A stretch of DNA of 64,000 nucleotides from positions 2,368,001 through 2,432,000 of the forward strand of contig OZ240248.1 in the NCBI GenBank assembly GCA_965198235.1. The letters run 5' to 3'. Each line of letters opens with the position of its first letter. Position 1 is the first letter of the stretch. A model generated the notes under the pieces. That model worked only from the letters and a program-made list of their open reading frames with translations, was not told where the DNA came from and ran no database searches. Position numbers and translations under genes: made by a program. Positions 1 through 9,458 of the stretch are shown here, piece after piece. This DNA comes from Candidatus Poribacteria bacterium (GTDB lineage: Bacteria > Poribacteria > WGA-4E > WGA-3G).

Positions 1-4
1 GTGG

Positions 5-691
5 ATGGACCACTGCTTCGGACAGTTCCTTGATGTGCTTGAATCTACTGGGCTTGACAAGAGCACCGCTGTTATCTTAACGGGCGACCACGGCACCAAC
101 GTTGGTGAACGTGGTAGATTTGGTAAAGGACAACCCGTCCGTCAGCAGGAAGCGCATGTCCCGCTCTTTATTGGACTCCCGGATGGAGATACAGGGAGAA
201 GCAACGTCATCGTCCAACCGCAAGACTTCTTCCCAACAATTCTCAATATTTTAGGCGAGGCGCGTCCCGACGGCATTGAGGGATACGACATCTTAACCCC
301 GGCGCGCAACGGAGAAGCCGGCGCAAGGCAGCTTGCCCTCTCAGGTGGAAGTATTGAGCGGTGGGAGAACAGCACAGAGAACCCGAATCTCAACCTCTTT
401 ACTGTTTTTGATCGGGAATGGAGTTTAGAGGTTGGAACGAAACCTGAAAATTCAAAACTCGTCCGACTTGGGGAATTAGACGACGTTGCGAACGAACACC
501 CGGATGTCGTTGCCAGACTGCATGCCGCCGCTGTTGATGAAATCGAACGCCGCGGCACCGATCCGGCACTCATGGCATGGCTCCGGAGTGGTGGCGAAGA
601 CGCGTTCCCTGCTGATGCCCACTACTGGAACGGTTTCCCCGGACCCGCAGGCTACCGCCCCTACTTTGGAAAACTCTATACTGGTGAGTAA
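5..691 (+). CDS. Sulfatase-family protein, C-terminal part (5' end outside the window)
   Basis: Motifs 'TGDHG', 'HVPLFI' and 'DFFPTIL' typical of the sulfatase/alkaline phosphatase superfamily; ORF is open at the window edge. Confidence 0.8.
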   Translation: MDHCFGQFLDVLESTGLDKSTAVILTGDHGTNVGERGRFGKGQPVRQQEAHVPLFIGLPDGDTGRSNVIVQPQDFFPTILNILGEARPDGIEGYDILTPARNGEAGARQLALSGGSIERWENSTENPNLNLFTVFDREWSLEVGTKPENSKLVRLGELDDVANEHPDVVARLHAAAVDEIERRGTDPALMAWLRSGGEDAFPADAHYWNGFPGPAGYRPYFGKLYTGE

Positions 692-726
692 TGGCGGTCA
701 GCAGTCAGTGGTTAGTCGGGAATCGG

Positions 727-783
727 AGTGTTTTTGATAGGGGTTTTTGATAGGGTATTTCTGTGGATTTCCCTGCGGATTTC
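727..783. repeat. Short tandem repeat family (GGGTATTTCTGCG.../GTGTTTTTG...), copy 1
   Basis: Related copies at 22729-22806, 34294-34361 and 37722-37760. Confidence 0.7.
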
Positions 784-1151
784 CCCCCTCCTACAAGATG
801 GGCAATCAGCGATCAGCGGTCAGTTGCTCTTAAAGAGCGAGATTAGATGAAGATTAAGAGTTTAATTGGGTAGTGTGCGGTGTTAATTGTCTGAACCAGG
901 ATTGACAGGCTTCTTCGGTCTTTACAGGATAATAACCGCTTCTGGATTGAAAATTATCCTTCTATGATTACCCAAATATTTTATTAAACTTCATCTAACC
1001 TCGCTTTCTTGCAGAAACCTCAGATTTTGTGGGAGGGGATTGTATCCCCGACATTCTTGCGGCAGGGCAACTCCCAATAAACTTGACATGGGCTTGGAAT
1101 TCTGATAGCATATTAACAAAAAACGAGGGTACAAACTAAGGAGATTCTTAA

Positions 1152-1382
1152 ATGAGAAAATCAAATCTTCAGCAGCAAGCAATGACGCTAATTGAGCGAC
1201 TTCCGACCGAAAAACTCAGAGCCGCTATCGATTATATGAACTATCTCTACGATAAGGAAGCATGGGAAGCAACGTACGAATTGGCAAGCGATCCCGAAAT
1301 TGCCAAAAGCCTAGAACAAGCTGAAGCCGATGTGAAAGCCGGTAGACTTAAAAGTTGGGCTGATGTTAAACGGGATGTTTGA
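1152..1382 (+). CDS. Antitoxin of a type II TA pair
   Basis: 76 aa, 'EATYELASDPEIAKSLEQAEADVKAGR'; overlaps the downstream RelE-like gene; TTGACA at 1083 upstream. Confidence 0.75.
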   Translation: MRKSNLQQQAMTLIERLPTEKLRAAIDYMNYLYDKEAWEATYELASDPEIAKSLEQAEADVKAGRLKSWADVKRDV

Positions 1383-1638
1383 AGTTCAATTCACCGGTAG
1401 GGCACAAGCGGATTACAACGATCTTGATACCAATATGGAACGCCGGGTCAATGAAGCAATTGAGCGGTTAATCCAGAATCCCTTCTTTGGACCTAATATC
1501 GTCAAACTCAAGGGCTCTCACATTGAACAGTATCGCTATCGTGTTGGAAGTTATAGGATAATCTATGAGGTAGACTCGCAAAATCAAAAATGCGTTGTCC
1601 TGAGTATCTCCACGCGAGGAAAAGCGTATAACCCATAA
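1375..1638 (+). CDS. RelE/ParE family toxin
   Basis: 'KLKG...YRYRVGSYRIIYEVD...STRGKAY' RelE signature. Confidence 0.85.
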   Translation: MFEVQFTGRAQADYNDLDTNMERRVNEAIERLIQNPFFGPNIVKLKGSHIEQYRYRVGSYRIIYEVDSQNQKCVVLSISTRGKAYNP

Positions 1639-1696
1639 TTCAGGACTATGCGATTATCGGAATCCATAAATTTACCTTCTCACAAAGGAGAAAACC

Positions 1697-2746
1697 ATGC
1701 CACGCACATATAAAGCCTGTCTCATCGGATGCGGACGGATGGGCGCAACCATCGACGACGAAGTCGCAGGCAGACCCGATAGTTTTATTTGGCAACCCTT
1801 CTCGCACGCAGCAGCCGCTGTCGCCTGTGAACGAACAGACCTCGTCGCTGTCTCCGATGTCTTTGCCGAAAAAGCCGAAGCCATCCGACAACGCTACGGA
1901 GCCGAACGTGCCTATACGGACTACCAAGAGATGATCGAGAAAGAGAAACCCGACATCGTCTGTATCGCCACGCGTCCCGGTCCACACGCCGACATCACCG
2001 TCTTTGCCGCCGAAAATGGGGTCAAGGGCATCTATTGCGAAAAACCGCTCTGCTGCGCTATGGAAGAAGCAGACATCATGGTAGACATTGTCCAAAAGCA
2101 CGGTGTCAAATTCAACTACGGCACGCAGCGTCGCTACATGCCAATCTATCGCAAAATCCGTGAACTCGTAGACGCTGGCGAAATCGGCGATGTCCAATGC
2201 TCCATTGCCCAATACGGTGCCAGTTCTGCTCTCTGGGGCTTAACTCACGCCGCAGATATGCTCCTCTTTCTCGCGGGTGACCCGGAGGTAGATTTCGTGC
2301 AGGGCGCGATTATATGCAAAGATTCGGATTGGGACGGCAACCGTCTCAACGTTGACCCCGGTATCGCTTCTGGTTACATCCGTTTTTCTAACGGAGTCCA
2401 CGGGTATAACACCGCAGGTACCGGACCCGAATATGAGATCTGCGGCACCGGCGGCAAGATCCGCGTGCAGAACAACAGCAGAGAGATCCAATTTCGAAAA
2501 AAAGATGGGACATTTTTTGAAGAAGTGCCGTTCCCTGAGGTCTCTCGTGCCACTGGCACCGTCATGGGTATCACTGACATCGCCGAAGCGCTCGACGAAG
2601 ACCGCGAAACCAAGGGACCCGTTCACCTCGCGCGTCGGAGTCAAGAGACACTTATGGGCATGATCGAATCGCATCGGCTCGGTGGCAAGCACATCTCACT
2701 CCCCATGGAAAACCGATCTCTCTATGTTACCAGAGACAACTGGTAA
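1697..2746 (+). CDS. Gfo/Idh/MocA oxidoreductase
   Basis: N-terminal GCGRMG Rossmann motif, 'CEKP' motif, AAGGAG RBS. Confidence 0.9.
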   Translation: MPRTYKACLIGCGRMGATIDDEVAGRPDSFIWQPFSHAAAAVACERTDLVAVSDVFAEKAEAIRQRYGAERAYTDYQEMIEKEKPDIVCIATRPGPHADITVFAAENGVKGIYCEKPLCCAMEEADIMVDIVQKHGVKFNYGTQRRYMPIYRKIRELVDAGEIGDVQCSIAQYGASSALWGLTHAADMLLFLAGDPEVDFVQGAIICKDSDWDGNRLNVDPGIASGYIRFSNGVHGYNTAGTGPEYEICGTGGKIRVQNNSREIQFRKKDGTFFEEVPFPEVSRATGTVMGITDIAEALDEDRETKGPVHLARRSQETLMGMIESHRLGGKHISLPMENRSLYVTRDNW

Positions 2747-2815
2747 CATGTCCCTTGCCTGTTTCATCTTGTTCGGGCGGGTCCCCGTGCCCGCCCATTC
2801 CGTCAACTTACAAAC

Positions 2816-3802
2816 ATGAACTTAGAGATCCAAATCCAGCAATTCCGAGAAACCTTTTATAACGTCAAAGCCGAAGTCCAAAAACGCATCGTCGGTCAAG
2901 ATGCGATCATCGAAGGTGTGCTTTTCTGTCTACTCACCAACGGACACGCGCTCCTTGAGGGTATTCCTGGTTTAGGGAAAACACAGCTGATTTATACCCT
3001 CAGCGAGGCACTCGACCTTTCCTTCAAGCGCATCCAATTCACGCCGGACATGATGCCCTCCGACATCACAGGCACAACACTCCTCATTGAGGATGAACAC
3101 GGCAGAAGGCAGTTTGAATTCCAGCAGGGACCCATTTTCTCCCAACTCATCCTCGCCGATGAGATCAACCGTGCCACACCCCGCACCCAATCCGCACTCC
3201 TTGAGGCGATGCAAGAGCGGACTGTCACCGTCGGACGCACCAGCCACAAGTTAGAAGAACCGTTTTGCGTCCTCGCCACACAAAACCCGTTGGAAATGGA
3301 AGGCACCTATCCACTCCCAGAGGCGCAACTCGACCGATTCCTATTCAAACTTCTGATCGATTTTCCCAGTGAAGATGAAATCGTCGAAATCCTACGCCGT
3401 ACCACATCCGGTGCCGAGATCACTATCGACAAGGTGACGAATGCTGAGACGCTCAACCAGATGCGTCAACTGGTGCCACAAGTCATCATTGCTGAGCATG
3501 TCGAACGTCACATCATTCGACTTGTCCGCGGCACGCACCCCGATTCAGAGGACGCACCGGAGATCGTCAAACACTACGTCCATCTCGGCGCGGGTATTCG
3601 GAGTGTCCAAGCGATAGCCCTCACCGCTAAAATCAATGCTCTCCTTGACGAACGCTACAACGTCGCTTTTTCGGATCTCGATGCTGTGTTGCTCCCCGCG
3701 CTCCGTCACCGTATCCTCCTCAACTTCGAGGGACAAGGCGAAGGGATTGCCCCTGATACCATTGTCAATGAAGTCCGCAAAGTCATAACCCCAACGCCAT
3801 GA
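2816..3802 (+). CDS. MoxR-family AAA+ ATPase
   Basis: Walker A GIPGLGKT, 'RIQFTPDMMPSDITG', 'DEINRATPRTQSALLEAM', 'ATQNPLEMEGTYPLPEAQLDRF'. Confidence 0.93.
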   Translation: MNLEIQIQQFRETFYNVKAEVQKRIVGQDAIIEGVLFCLLTNGHALLEGIPGLGKTQLIYTLSEALDLSFKRIQFTPDMMPSDITGTTLLIEDEHGRRQFEFQQGPIFSQLILADEINRATPRTQSALLEAMQERTVTVGRTSHKLEEPFCVLATQNPLEMEGTYPLPEAQLDRFLFKLLIDFPSEDEIVEILRRTTSGAEITIDKVTNAETLNQMRQLVPQVIIAEHVERHIIRLVRGTHPDSEDAPEIVKHYVHLGAGIRSVQAIALTAKINALLDERYNVAFSDLDAVLLPALRHRILLNFEGQGEGIAPDTIVNEVRKVITPTP

Positions 3803-3852
3803 CTTCTCCTTCGCCAGTGAAGTTTCCCAACCTCGCCAGATAAATTAATTCC

Positions 3853-3881
3853 TTGACATCTCCTCGAATTTACACTATAAT
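3853..3881 (+). promoter_or_regulatory. Sigma70 promoter upstream of the Fic gene
   Basis: TTGACA (3853-3858), 17 bp, TATAAT (3876-3881). Confidence 0.7.
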
Positions 3882-4038
3882 AACCTAAGTTGCCACGGAC
3901 AAGATTTTAGGTAAGCAGATGCCATTTTTCATGAAAAGTGGTTCATTATCCGTAGAAGTTTTGTAGCGTAAACTTTCAGTTTGCGCATGTATAGGCACAA
4001 TCTAAAAGATTATGCTACAAAGGTAGCAACTTGGGTTA
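3881..4038. mobile_element. MITE, 158 bp, 16-bp TIRs, TAA target duplication, carrying a GTAG-REP doublet
   Basis: TAACCTAAGTTGCCAC ... GTAGCAACTTGGGTTA (14/16 inverted match), TAA on both flanks, internal TTGTAGC...GCTACAA inverted pair. Confidence 0.7.
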
Positions 4039-4064
4039 TAATATAGAATCCAAGATTATCAAAA

Positions 4065-5249
4065 ATGGAGAAAAATGACAATACGGATTTGCTATTTTCA
4101 AAAATAGGCGAAAACGGTAATATGAAAAACTTCATAGCGGGCAAGTACCGACAGCAGCGAGAATATAGGAGTTTTACCCCGTCCTTCGTAAACTGCCATT
4201 TTGCTTGGGAAAACCGTCAAATAGATCTTTTGGTGGAACAAGCCGCGAATCTTTTGGGAGAACTCAACGCTTACGCGGAAATCGTACCAGATGTCAATTT
4301 TTCGATTCCAATGAGTATCGCAAAAGAAGCGATAGACTCTAATCTGATTGAAGGCACAAAAACCGAGATTGATGAAGTTGTTCTGCCACAAGCGGAGATT
4401 TCCCCAATCAGACAGGATGATTGGGAAGAAGTCCAAAATTATATCAAAGCGATGAATTTCGCGATAGTCAAATTGACTGAACTTCCAATTTCCGTGCGCT
4501 TGCTAAAGGATGTCCATGAAATATTGATGTCCGGCGTTCGCGGAAAATATAAGGCTCCCGGCGAAATTCGGAGAAGTCAAAACTGGATCGGGGGTTCATC
4601 GCTTGCTGATGCTTTTTTCGTCCCACCTTCTGCAGAAGAAGTCCCAGATCTCCTAAGCGATCTGGAAAAATTCTGGCACAACCAATCGCTACAACTACCG
4701 TCCCTTATCAAAATCGCCATCATACATTATCAGTTTGAAACCATCCATCCGTTTCTGGACGGAAATGGTAGGTGCGGAAGACTCTTAATTATTTTGCAGC
4801 TCATTGACGCGCAAATACTAAGCAAGCCTATCCTCTATATGTCTACATTTTTTGAGAGGCACAGAAACTCATACTATGATTCACTTTCTATGGTTCGCAA
4901 ATCAAACGACTTGGAGCAATGGATTGCATTTTTCTTAAACGGAATTGTTGAAACCGCTCAGCATGGGCTCAAGACTTTTAAGGCAATCATTGCACTCGGT
5001 CAAGAATATGACACCAAAATCCTAACCCTCGGCTCCCGAGCAAAAAACGCACAACAGTTGCTTCAACGCATGTACGCAACCCCGATTGTTAACGTTAGGT
5101 CGGTTGAAAAGCAGTTAGACATTAGTTTTTCAAGCGCGAATCGGCTGCTAAAATCCTTAACAGAACTCGGCATACTCAAGGAAATTACAGGATACTCGCG
5201 CAATCGCTTTTTTGTCTTAGAGAAATACCTGGACCTCTTTAGAAGTTAG
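4065..5249 (+). CDS. Fic family protein with C-terminal HTH
   Basis: HPFLDGNGRCGR Fic motif; N-terminal SNLIEG inhibitory motif; start may be 4122. Confidence 0.92.
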   Translation: MEKNDNTDLLFSKIGENGNMKNFIAGKYRQQREYRSFTPSFVNCHFAWENRQIDLLVEQAANLLGELNAYAEIVPDVNFSIPMSIAKEAIDSNLIEGTKTEIDEVVLPQAEISPIRQDDWEEVQNYIKAMNFAIVKLTELPISVRLLKDVHEILMSGVRGKYKAPGEIRRSQNWIGGSSLADAFFVPPSAEEVPDLLSDLEKFWHNQSLQLPSLIKIAIIHYQFETIHPFLDGNGRCGRLLIILQLIDAQILSKPILYMSTFFERHRNSYYDSLSMVRKSNDLEQWIAFFLNGIVETAQHGLKTFKAIIALGQEYDTKILTLGSRAKNAQQLLQRMYATPIVNVRSVEKQLDISFSSANRLLKSLTELGILKEITGYSRNRFFVLEKYLDLFRS

Positions 5250-5268
5250 TGGGTTGCATCTAAAAATC

Positions 5269-5297
5269 TTGACATCCGCACGTTGCTACGCTATAAT
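5269..5297 (+). promoter_or_regulatory. Sigma70 promoter of the Uma2 gene
   Basis: TTGACA-17 bp-TATAAT perfect consensus. Confidence 0.7.
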
Positions 5298-5327
5298 AGA
5301 ATTACCAGTAAATTTCGGGAGGGAATC

Positions 5328-5918
5328 ATGGCAACAAGAGCAGTTCAAACATATCTCACACCCGAGGAATACATCACTTTAGAACGCAAGGCACTCCCTG
5401 ACGCAGAAACAGTCAGAAGCGAATACCTGAATGGTGAGATAATCGCGATGTCCGGAGCAAGTTTCGCTCATAATTTAATTACAATGAACATTTCTGCTCA
5501 ACTTCATGCTCGCTTGAGAAGCAGCGGGTGCGTCGTGTTCGCTAATGAGATGCGTGTCAGTATTCCCTCAGTAAAATCCTACTTTTATCCTGATGTCGGT
5601 GTTGTCTGCGAAGAACCACGCTTTGAAGACGATGTTTTTGACACACTCCTCAACCCGATTGTCATCGTAGAAGTCCTTTCTCCCTCAACCGAGGCTTATG
5701 ACAGAGGCGAAAAATTCGCACACTACCGACAACTCCAATCTTTGCAGGAATACATCCTCGTCTCTCAAGACAAGATACGCGTTGAACACTACTTCCGACA
5801 AGCAGCACAATGGGTTCTTACCGATTTCCAAAAACTTGAGCAGCACCTTCCACTCACTTCCATCCAATGCGAATTGCCCTTACAAGAGATACACGAAAAC
5901 GTCCCATTCCCGGAGTAG
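5328..5918 (+). CDS. Uma2 family (DUF820) PD-(D/E)xK endonuclease
   Basis: 'YFYPDV', 'IVEVLSPST..YDRGEKF..Y' motifs; GGAGGG RBS. Confidence 0.9.
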   Translation: MATRAVQTYLTPEEYITLERKALPDAETVRSEYLNGEIIAMSGASFAHNLITMNISAQLHARLRSSGCVVFANEMRVSIPSVKSYFYPDVGVVCEEPRFEDDVFDTLLNPIVIVEVLSPSTEAYDRGEKFAHYRQLQSLQEYILVSQDKIRVEHYFRQAAQWVLTDFQKLEQHLPLTSIQCELPLQEIHENVPFPE

Positions 5919-6045
5919 AACTAATATCCAAAGACCGTACCTTCCCTACTGGGAGGTTTCCCAACCTCGCCTCTGTGCTTTCCGAACACTTGTTTCTACT
6001 TTTTCGCTTGCCATCACTCCCAAATTATGCTAAAATACCCATAGC

Positions 6046-7428
6046 ATGAACCAACACGACTTAAAGCATTCCCATAAAGAACTCTATACACTTCTCGGAA
6101 CACGCTTCAGTACGGATAGTGCCGTCCGGGATGCACACGCCCGCGATGCCTCCTATCACCGCGGCGCGCTCCCAGATGCCGTCGCTTTTCCGAAAACCAA
6201 CGCTGAAGTTTCCGAAATTGTTAAAATCTGTGCAAAATATAATATGCCGATAGTTCCCTACGGCACCGGAACGGGTGTTGAAGGGGCTGTCGTCACGACC
6301 GAAGGCGCACTCTGCATCGCACTGAACGAAATGAACCGCATCCTCCGCGTCAGTCAAGACGACAGAGATGCTACCGTCCAAGCGGGTGTAACGCGCTTGC
6401 AATTGAATACACATCTCACAGAGATGGGTACACGGCTCCATTTTTCGGTCGATCCGGGTGCGGATGCCTCATTGGGTGGGATGGCAGCGACGCGCGCATC
6501 CGGGACAAGTGCTGTCCGATACGGCACGATGCTCGATAACGTCCTCGGCTTGACCGTCGTCCCTGCCGATGGCTCTATCGTCCGGACTGGGAGTAGAGCG
6601 CGGAAATCCGCCGCAGGCTATGATCTCACGCGTCTTTTTATCGGTTCAGAAGGCACATTAGGAATCATCACCGAAATCACGCTCAAATTGACACGGTTAC
6701 CGGAAGCAGTCGCATCTGCTGTCTGCGCTTTCCCAACTGTAACCGCAGCGGTGGAAACTGTTATTGAACTGATGAGTATAGGGGTTAGCATCGCTCGTAT
6801 TGAACTTTTAGATGAACGCCAAATGGATGCCGTCAACAAGTATGCGGGGTTAGCGTATGAAGTCGCACCGACACTCTTCTTTGAATTCCACGGCTCGGCA
6901 CACACCGTCGCAGAGAGTTCTAAGATTGCTGGGATCATCGCAGCGGCGCATGGCAGTGGCGATTTTCGGTGGGCAACAGATGAGAACGAACGCAAACGCC
7001 TCTGGCAAGCCCGATACGATAGCTACTACGCCGCCTTGAACCGCCGTCCGGGTTCCGTCGGTTACGTCACCGATGTCTGTGTCCCGATATCCGAACTCGC
7101 CGAGTGCATCGCTAAAACAAAAGCACTTCTCGCTAAATCGAACCTTGTCCCGTCGCTCCTCGGACACGTTGGAGACGGAAATTTTCACGTCGTCTTCCCG
7201 CTTGAAGCTGATAACGACGATGAATTAGCAGAGGCACAACAACTCAGCCATCAAATTGTAGACATCGCCTTAGAGATGGGTGGCACTTGCACGGGTGAAC
7301 ACGGTGTCGGTATCGGCAAAAGAAAGGCATTAGAAAAGGAACACGGATCAGCGATCGATTTAATGCGTGCTATCAAAAATGCTTTGGATCCTCTAAATTT
7401 AATGAATCCGGGCAAAGTTTTCTTGTAG
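6046..7428 (+). CDS. FAD-linked oxidase (D-lactate dehydrogenase/GlcD family)
   Basis: 'PYGTGTGVEG', 'GYDLTRLFIGSEGTLG', 'GHVGDGNFH', 'TGEHGVG', 'DPLNLMNPGK'. Confidence 0.92.
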   Translation: MNQHDLKHSHKELYTLLGTRFSTDSAVRDAHARDASYHRGALPDAVAFPKTNAEVSEIVKICAKYNMPIVPYGTGTGVEGAVVTTEGALCIALNEMNRILRVSQDDRDATVQAGVTRLQLNTHLTEMGTRLHFSVDPGADASLGGMAATRASGTSAVRYGTMLDNVLGLTVVPADGSIVRTGSRARKSAAGYDLTRLFIGSEGTLGIITEITLKLTRLPEAVASAVCAFPTVTAAVETVIELMSIGVSIARIELLDERQMDAVNKYAGLAYEVAPTLFFEFHGSAHTVAESSKIAGIIAAAHGSGDFRWATDENERKRLWQARYDSYYAALNRRPGSVGYVTDVCVPISELAECIAKTKALLAKSNLVPSLLGHVGDGNFHVVFPLEADNDDELAEAQQLSHQIVDIALEMGGTCTGEHGVGIGKRKALEKEHGSAIDLMRAIKNALDPLNLMNPGKVFL

Positions 7429-7456
7429 GCGTGATTCCTTTCGGGAGAAATTTCGT

Positions 7457-7981
7457 ATGAAAAACCTAATTTTGATTTTGGCAGGAACCTTGTTGTGCGT
7501 CACACCCGCTTTTTCAGAACTCAGCGACTCGGATCTTCAACGCATCCGAGAAATCGTTAAAGTCGAGGTAGTCAGTTCGGAACAACGACTACGTACGGAA
7601 ATTGCTGAATCTGAACAACGGCTTCGAGCCGAAATGACTGCTGCAATACGAGCCTCCGAAGAGCGGATGAAGGTGTACGTGGATGCAAAAATGTCAGAAG
7701 TTAACTCACAGTTTGCACAGGTTAACAACCGTATTGACGGAGTGGACAAGCGACTCAACTTTGCTTTTACGGTGTTAGGATGGCTGTTTGCGTTAGTTAT
7801 AGCTGCGCTTGGCATCCCACAACTGATCATAGCGTTTAGACAACGCGGGCAAGAACGCCTGCAGTCCTCGGTTGAAGAACTTTACGCAGTCCATAGTGAA
7901 GTTCTGGCAGAACTCAAGCAGTTACGGGCAGAGAATGAAGCTTTCAGAGGGCGTAACAGGTCACAGCCCGAATCACCGTAG
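7457..7981 (+). CDS. Hypothetical protein: signal peptide, coiled coil and one TM helix
   Basis: N-terminal hydrophobic signal, SEQRLR repeats, TM segment 'FAFTVLGWLFALVIAALGIP'. Confidence 0.75.
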   Translation: MKNLILILAGTLLCVTPAFSELSDSDLQRIREIVKVEVVSSEQRLRTEIAESEQRLRAEMTAAIRASEERMKVYVDAKMSEVNSQFAQVNNRIDGVDKRLNFAFTVLGWLFALVIAALGIPQLIIAFRQRGQERLQSSVEELYAVHSEVLAELKQLRAENEAFRGRNRSQPESP

Positions 7982-8011
7982 TCAGTGCGCTGGCGTATCT
8001 AAAAGGAAAAC

Positions 8012-9010
8012 ATGCAAAACAACTGGAAAATCCTCATCACCGATTACGCCTGGCCCTCCATAGAACCCGAACGACAGGTGCTCGCTGAAATTGGGGCAGA
8101 ACTCATTGCTGCCGAGACTGGAGACGAAGCAGAACTCCTAACCCTCGCACCCACCATGGACGGCATCCTCACCTGCTGGAAACCCGTTCGTGCGCCTGTC
8201 ATTGCTGCTGCTCAGAAATGCCAGATTATCGGACGTTGCGGTATCGGGTTGGACAACATTGATGTGGAAGTCGCTACGGAACACGGCATTGTTGTGACCA
8301 ATGTTCCTGCCTATTGTATTGATGAAGTCTCCGACCACGCGATGGGGTTGCTGCTGGCGTGTGCCAGAAAAATCTCGCGTTTCGATCGGGCAATCAAGGG
8401 AGGCACATGGGATCAGAACATAGGACCATCGATGCGTAGAATCCGAGGCAAGACGCTCGGTGTTATCGGCTTCGGACGGATCGCTCGGTCAATTGTGCCG
8501 AAAGCAAAGGCGTTCGGGTTTACAATCAACGTCTGTTCCCCACGCACCGATCCCGAATTGATTCAGCAATACGGCGCACAAAAGGTTTCGTTTTCAGAAC
8601 TTCTCGCAACCTCTGATTTCATCACGATCCATGCGCCGCTAACACCAGAAACACAGGGTATGTTTGGCGAGGTAGAATTTCGGGCGATGAAACCGACGGC
8701 TTATCTGATTAACACGGCGCGTGGGGGTATCGTAGACACCGCTGCACTTACCACTGCACTCCACAACGCTGAAATCGCTGGTGCAGGTTTGGACGTATTG
8801 GAAACCGAACCGCCTGAACAAAACGAGGAACTGCTCACCCTCGACAACGTCATCGTTACACCGCACGCCGCTTTTATGTCAGAGGAATCAATTCTTGACT
8901 TAGAAATTGCTGCCGCCACGTGTGTCGTAGAAGTACTAACGGGAAAGTTGCCAGAATCCGTCGTGAATCCATCGGTTCTGGAACAATCGAACCTCCGCGC
9001 AAATTTTTAA
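8012..9010 (+). CDS. D-2-hydroxyacid dehydrogenase (CtBP/SerA-like)
   Basis: 'GIGLDNID', 'GFGRIA', 'INTARGG', 'LDVLETEP', 'TPHAAF'. Confidence 0.92.
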   Translation: MQNNWKILITDYAWPSIEPERQVLAEIGAELIAAETGDEAELLTLAPTMDGILTCWKPVRAPVIAAAQKCQIIGRCGIGLDNIDVEVATEHGIVVTNVPAYCIDEVSDHAMGLLLACARKISRFDRAIKGGTWDQNIGPSMRRIRGKTLGVIGFGRIARSIVPKAKAFGFTINVCSPRTDPELIQQYGAQKVSFSELLATSDFITIHAPLTPETQGMFGEVEFRAMKPTAYLINTARGGIVDTAALTTALHNAEIAGAGLDVLETEPPEQNEELLTLDNVIVTPHAAFMSEESILDLEIAAATCVVEVLTGKLPESVVNPSVLEQSNLRANF

Positions 9011-9105
9011 ACGATGGGGATCTGTGCCGTTTTCATTAAGAGGTGTTCGTTAAACCCAAAGTGGTAGCCTGCAACACCGGCGCAGGCGGATATACGGAGA
9101 TGAAT

Positions 9106-9310
9106 GTCAGTGACCCCGCCCTAAAGGGCGAGGCTTGTCCAATACGGCAGCCAGGTTTCCTATAGATTGGACGAGAGCAATTCATTGACTACAGTAATAT
9201 ATCGCGGGTTCTGGTCGTGGCAGTCCGAAGTATGTTTTGGATACTCCCCGAGTCTAATTCCTCTGCGAACCTGTGATCTGGAAGGGGCAACATATACCCT
9301 GAAAAGGAGA
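9106..9310 (+). ncRNA. omegaRNA/HEARO-like scaffold (guide would be the 5' flank)
   Basis: GTCA start with terminal hairpin, later TTGACTA pairing partner, GGATACTCCCCGAGTC...CTCTG and GAAGGGGCAAC..ACC blocks in the order seen in IscB/IsrB omegaRNAs; boundaries approximate. Confidence 0.65.
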
Positions 9311-9321
9311 ATACAAACTTA

Positions 9322-9429
9322 TATTCTCTACAAGGGAAGCGTCTTTGCCAAAATGCTAAAATATCAGAGTGTAAGGTGCTCACACGCCTTAACTTTAACT
9401 ATAGGAACGGTGTTTCCTCCTCTGCCTAA
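9322..9429 (+). pseudogene. C-terminal stub of an IsrB/IscB (RRXRR-type) ORF
   Basis: Translates [35 protein letters not shown], with no start codon; stop lies in the IS end hairpin. Family resemblance is from memory. Confidence 0.55.
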
Positions 9430-9458
9430 AGACAGAGGGTTCCACACCGAATATTTTG

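Larger units (their letters stand above)
9106..9458. mobile_element. Non-autonomous IS200/IS605-family (IscB/IsrB-type) element, 353 bp
   Basis: One end is GTCAGTGACCCCGCCCTAAAGGGCGAGGCTTG; the other has the hairpin CCTCTGCCTAAAGACAGAGG followed by ATGAA (TTCAT on the minus strand). No TSD. Removing it restores an intact dispersed repeat. Confidence 0.85.

Noticed and set aside
9106-9458. Self-splicing IStron/group I intron (flank ends in T, element ends in G)
   Set aside because: No recognisable group I P7 core, and the orientation is opposite to known IStrons; the T/G boundaries may be chance.
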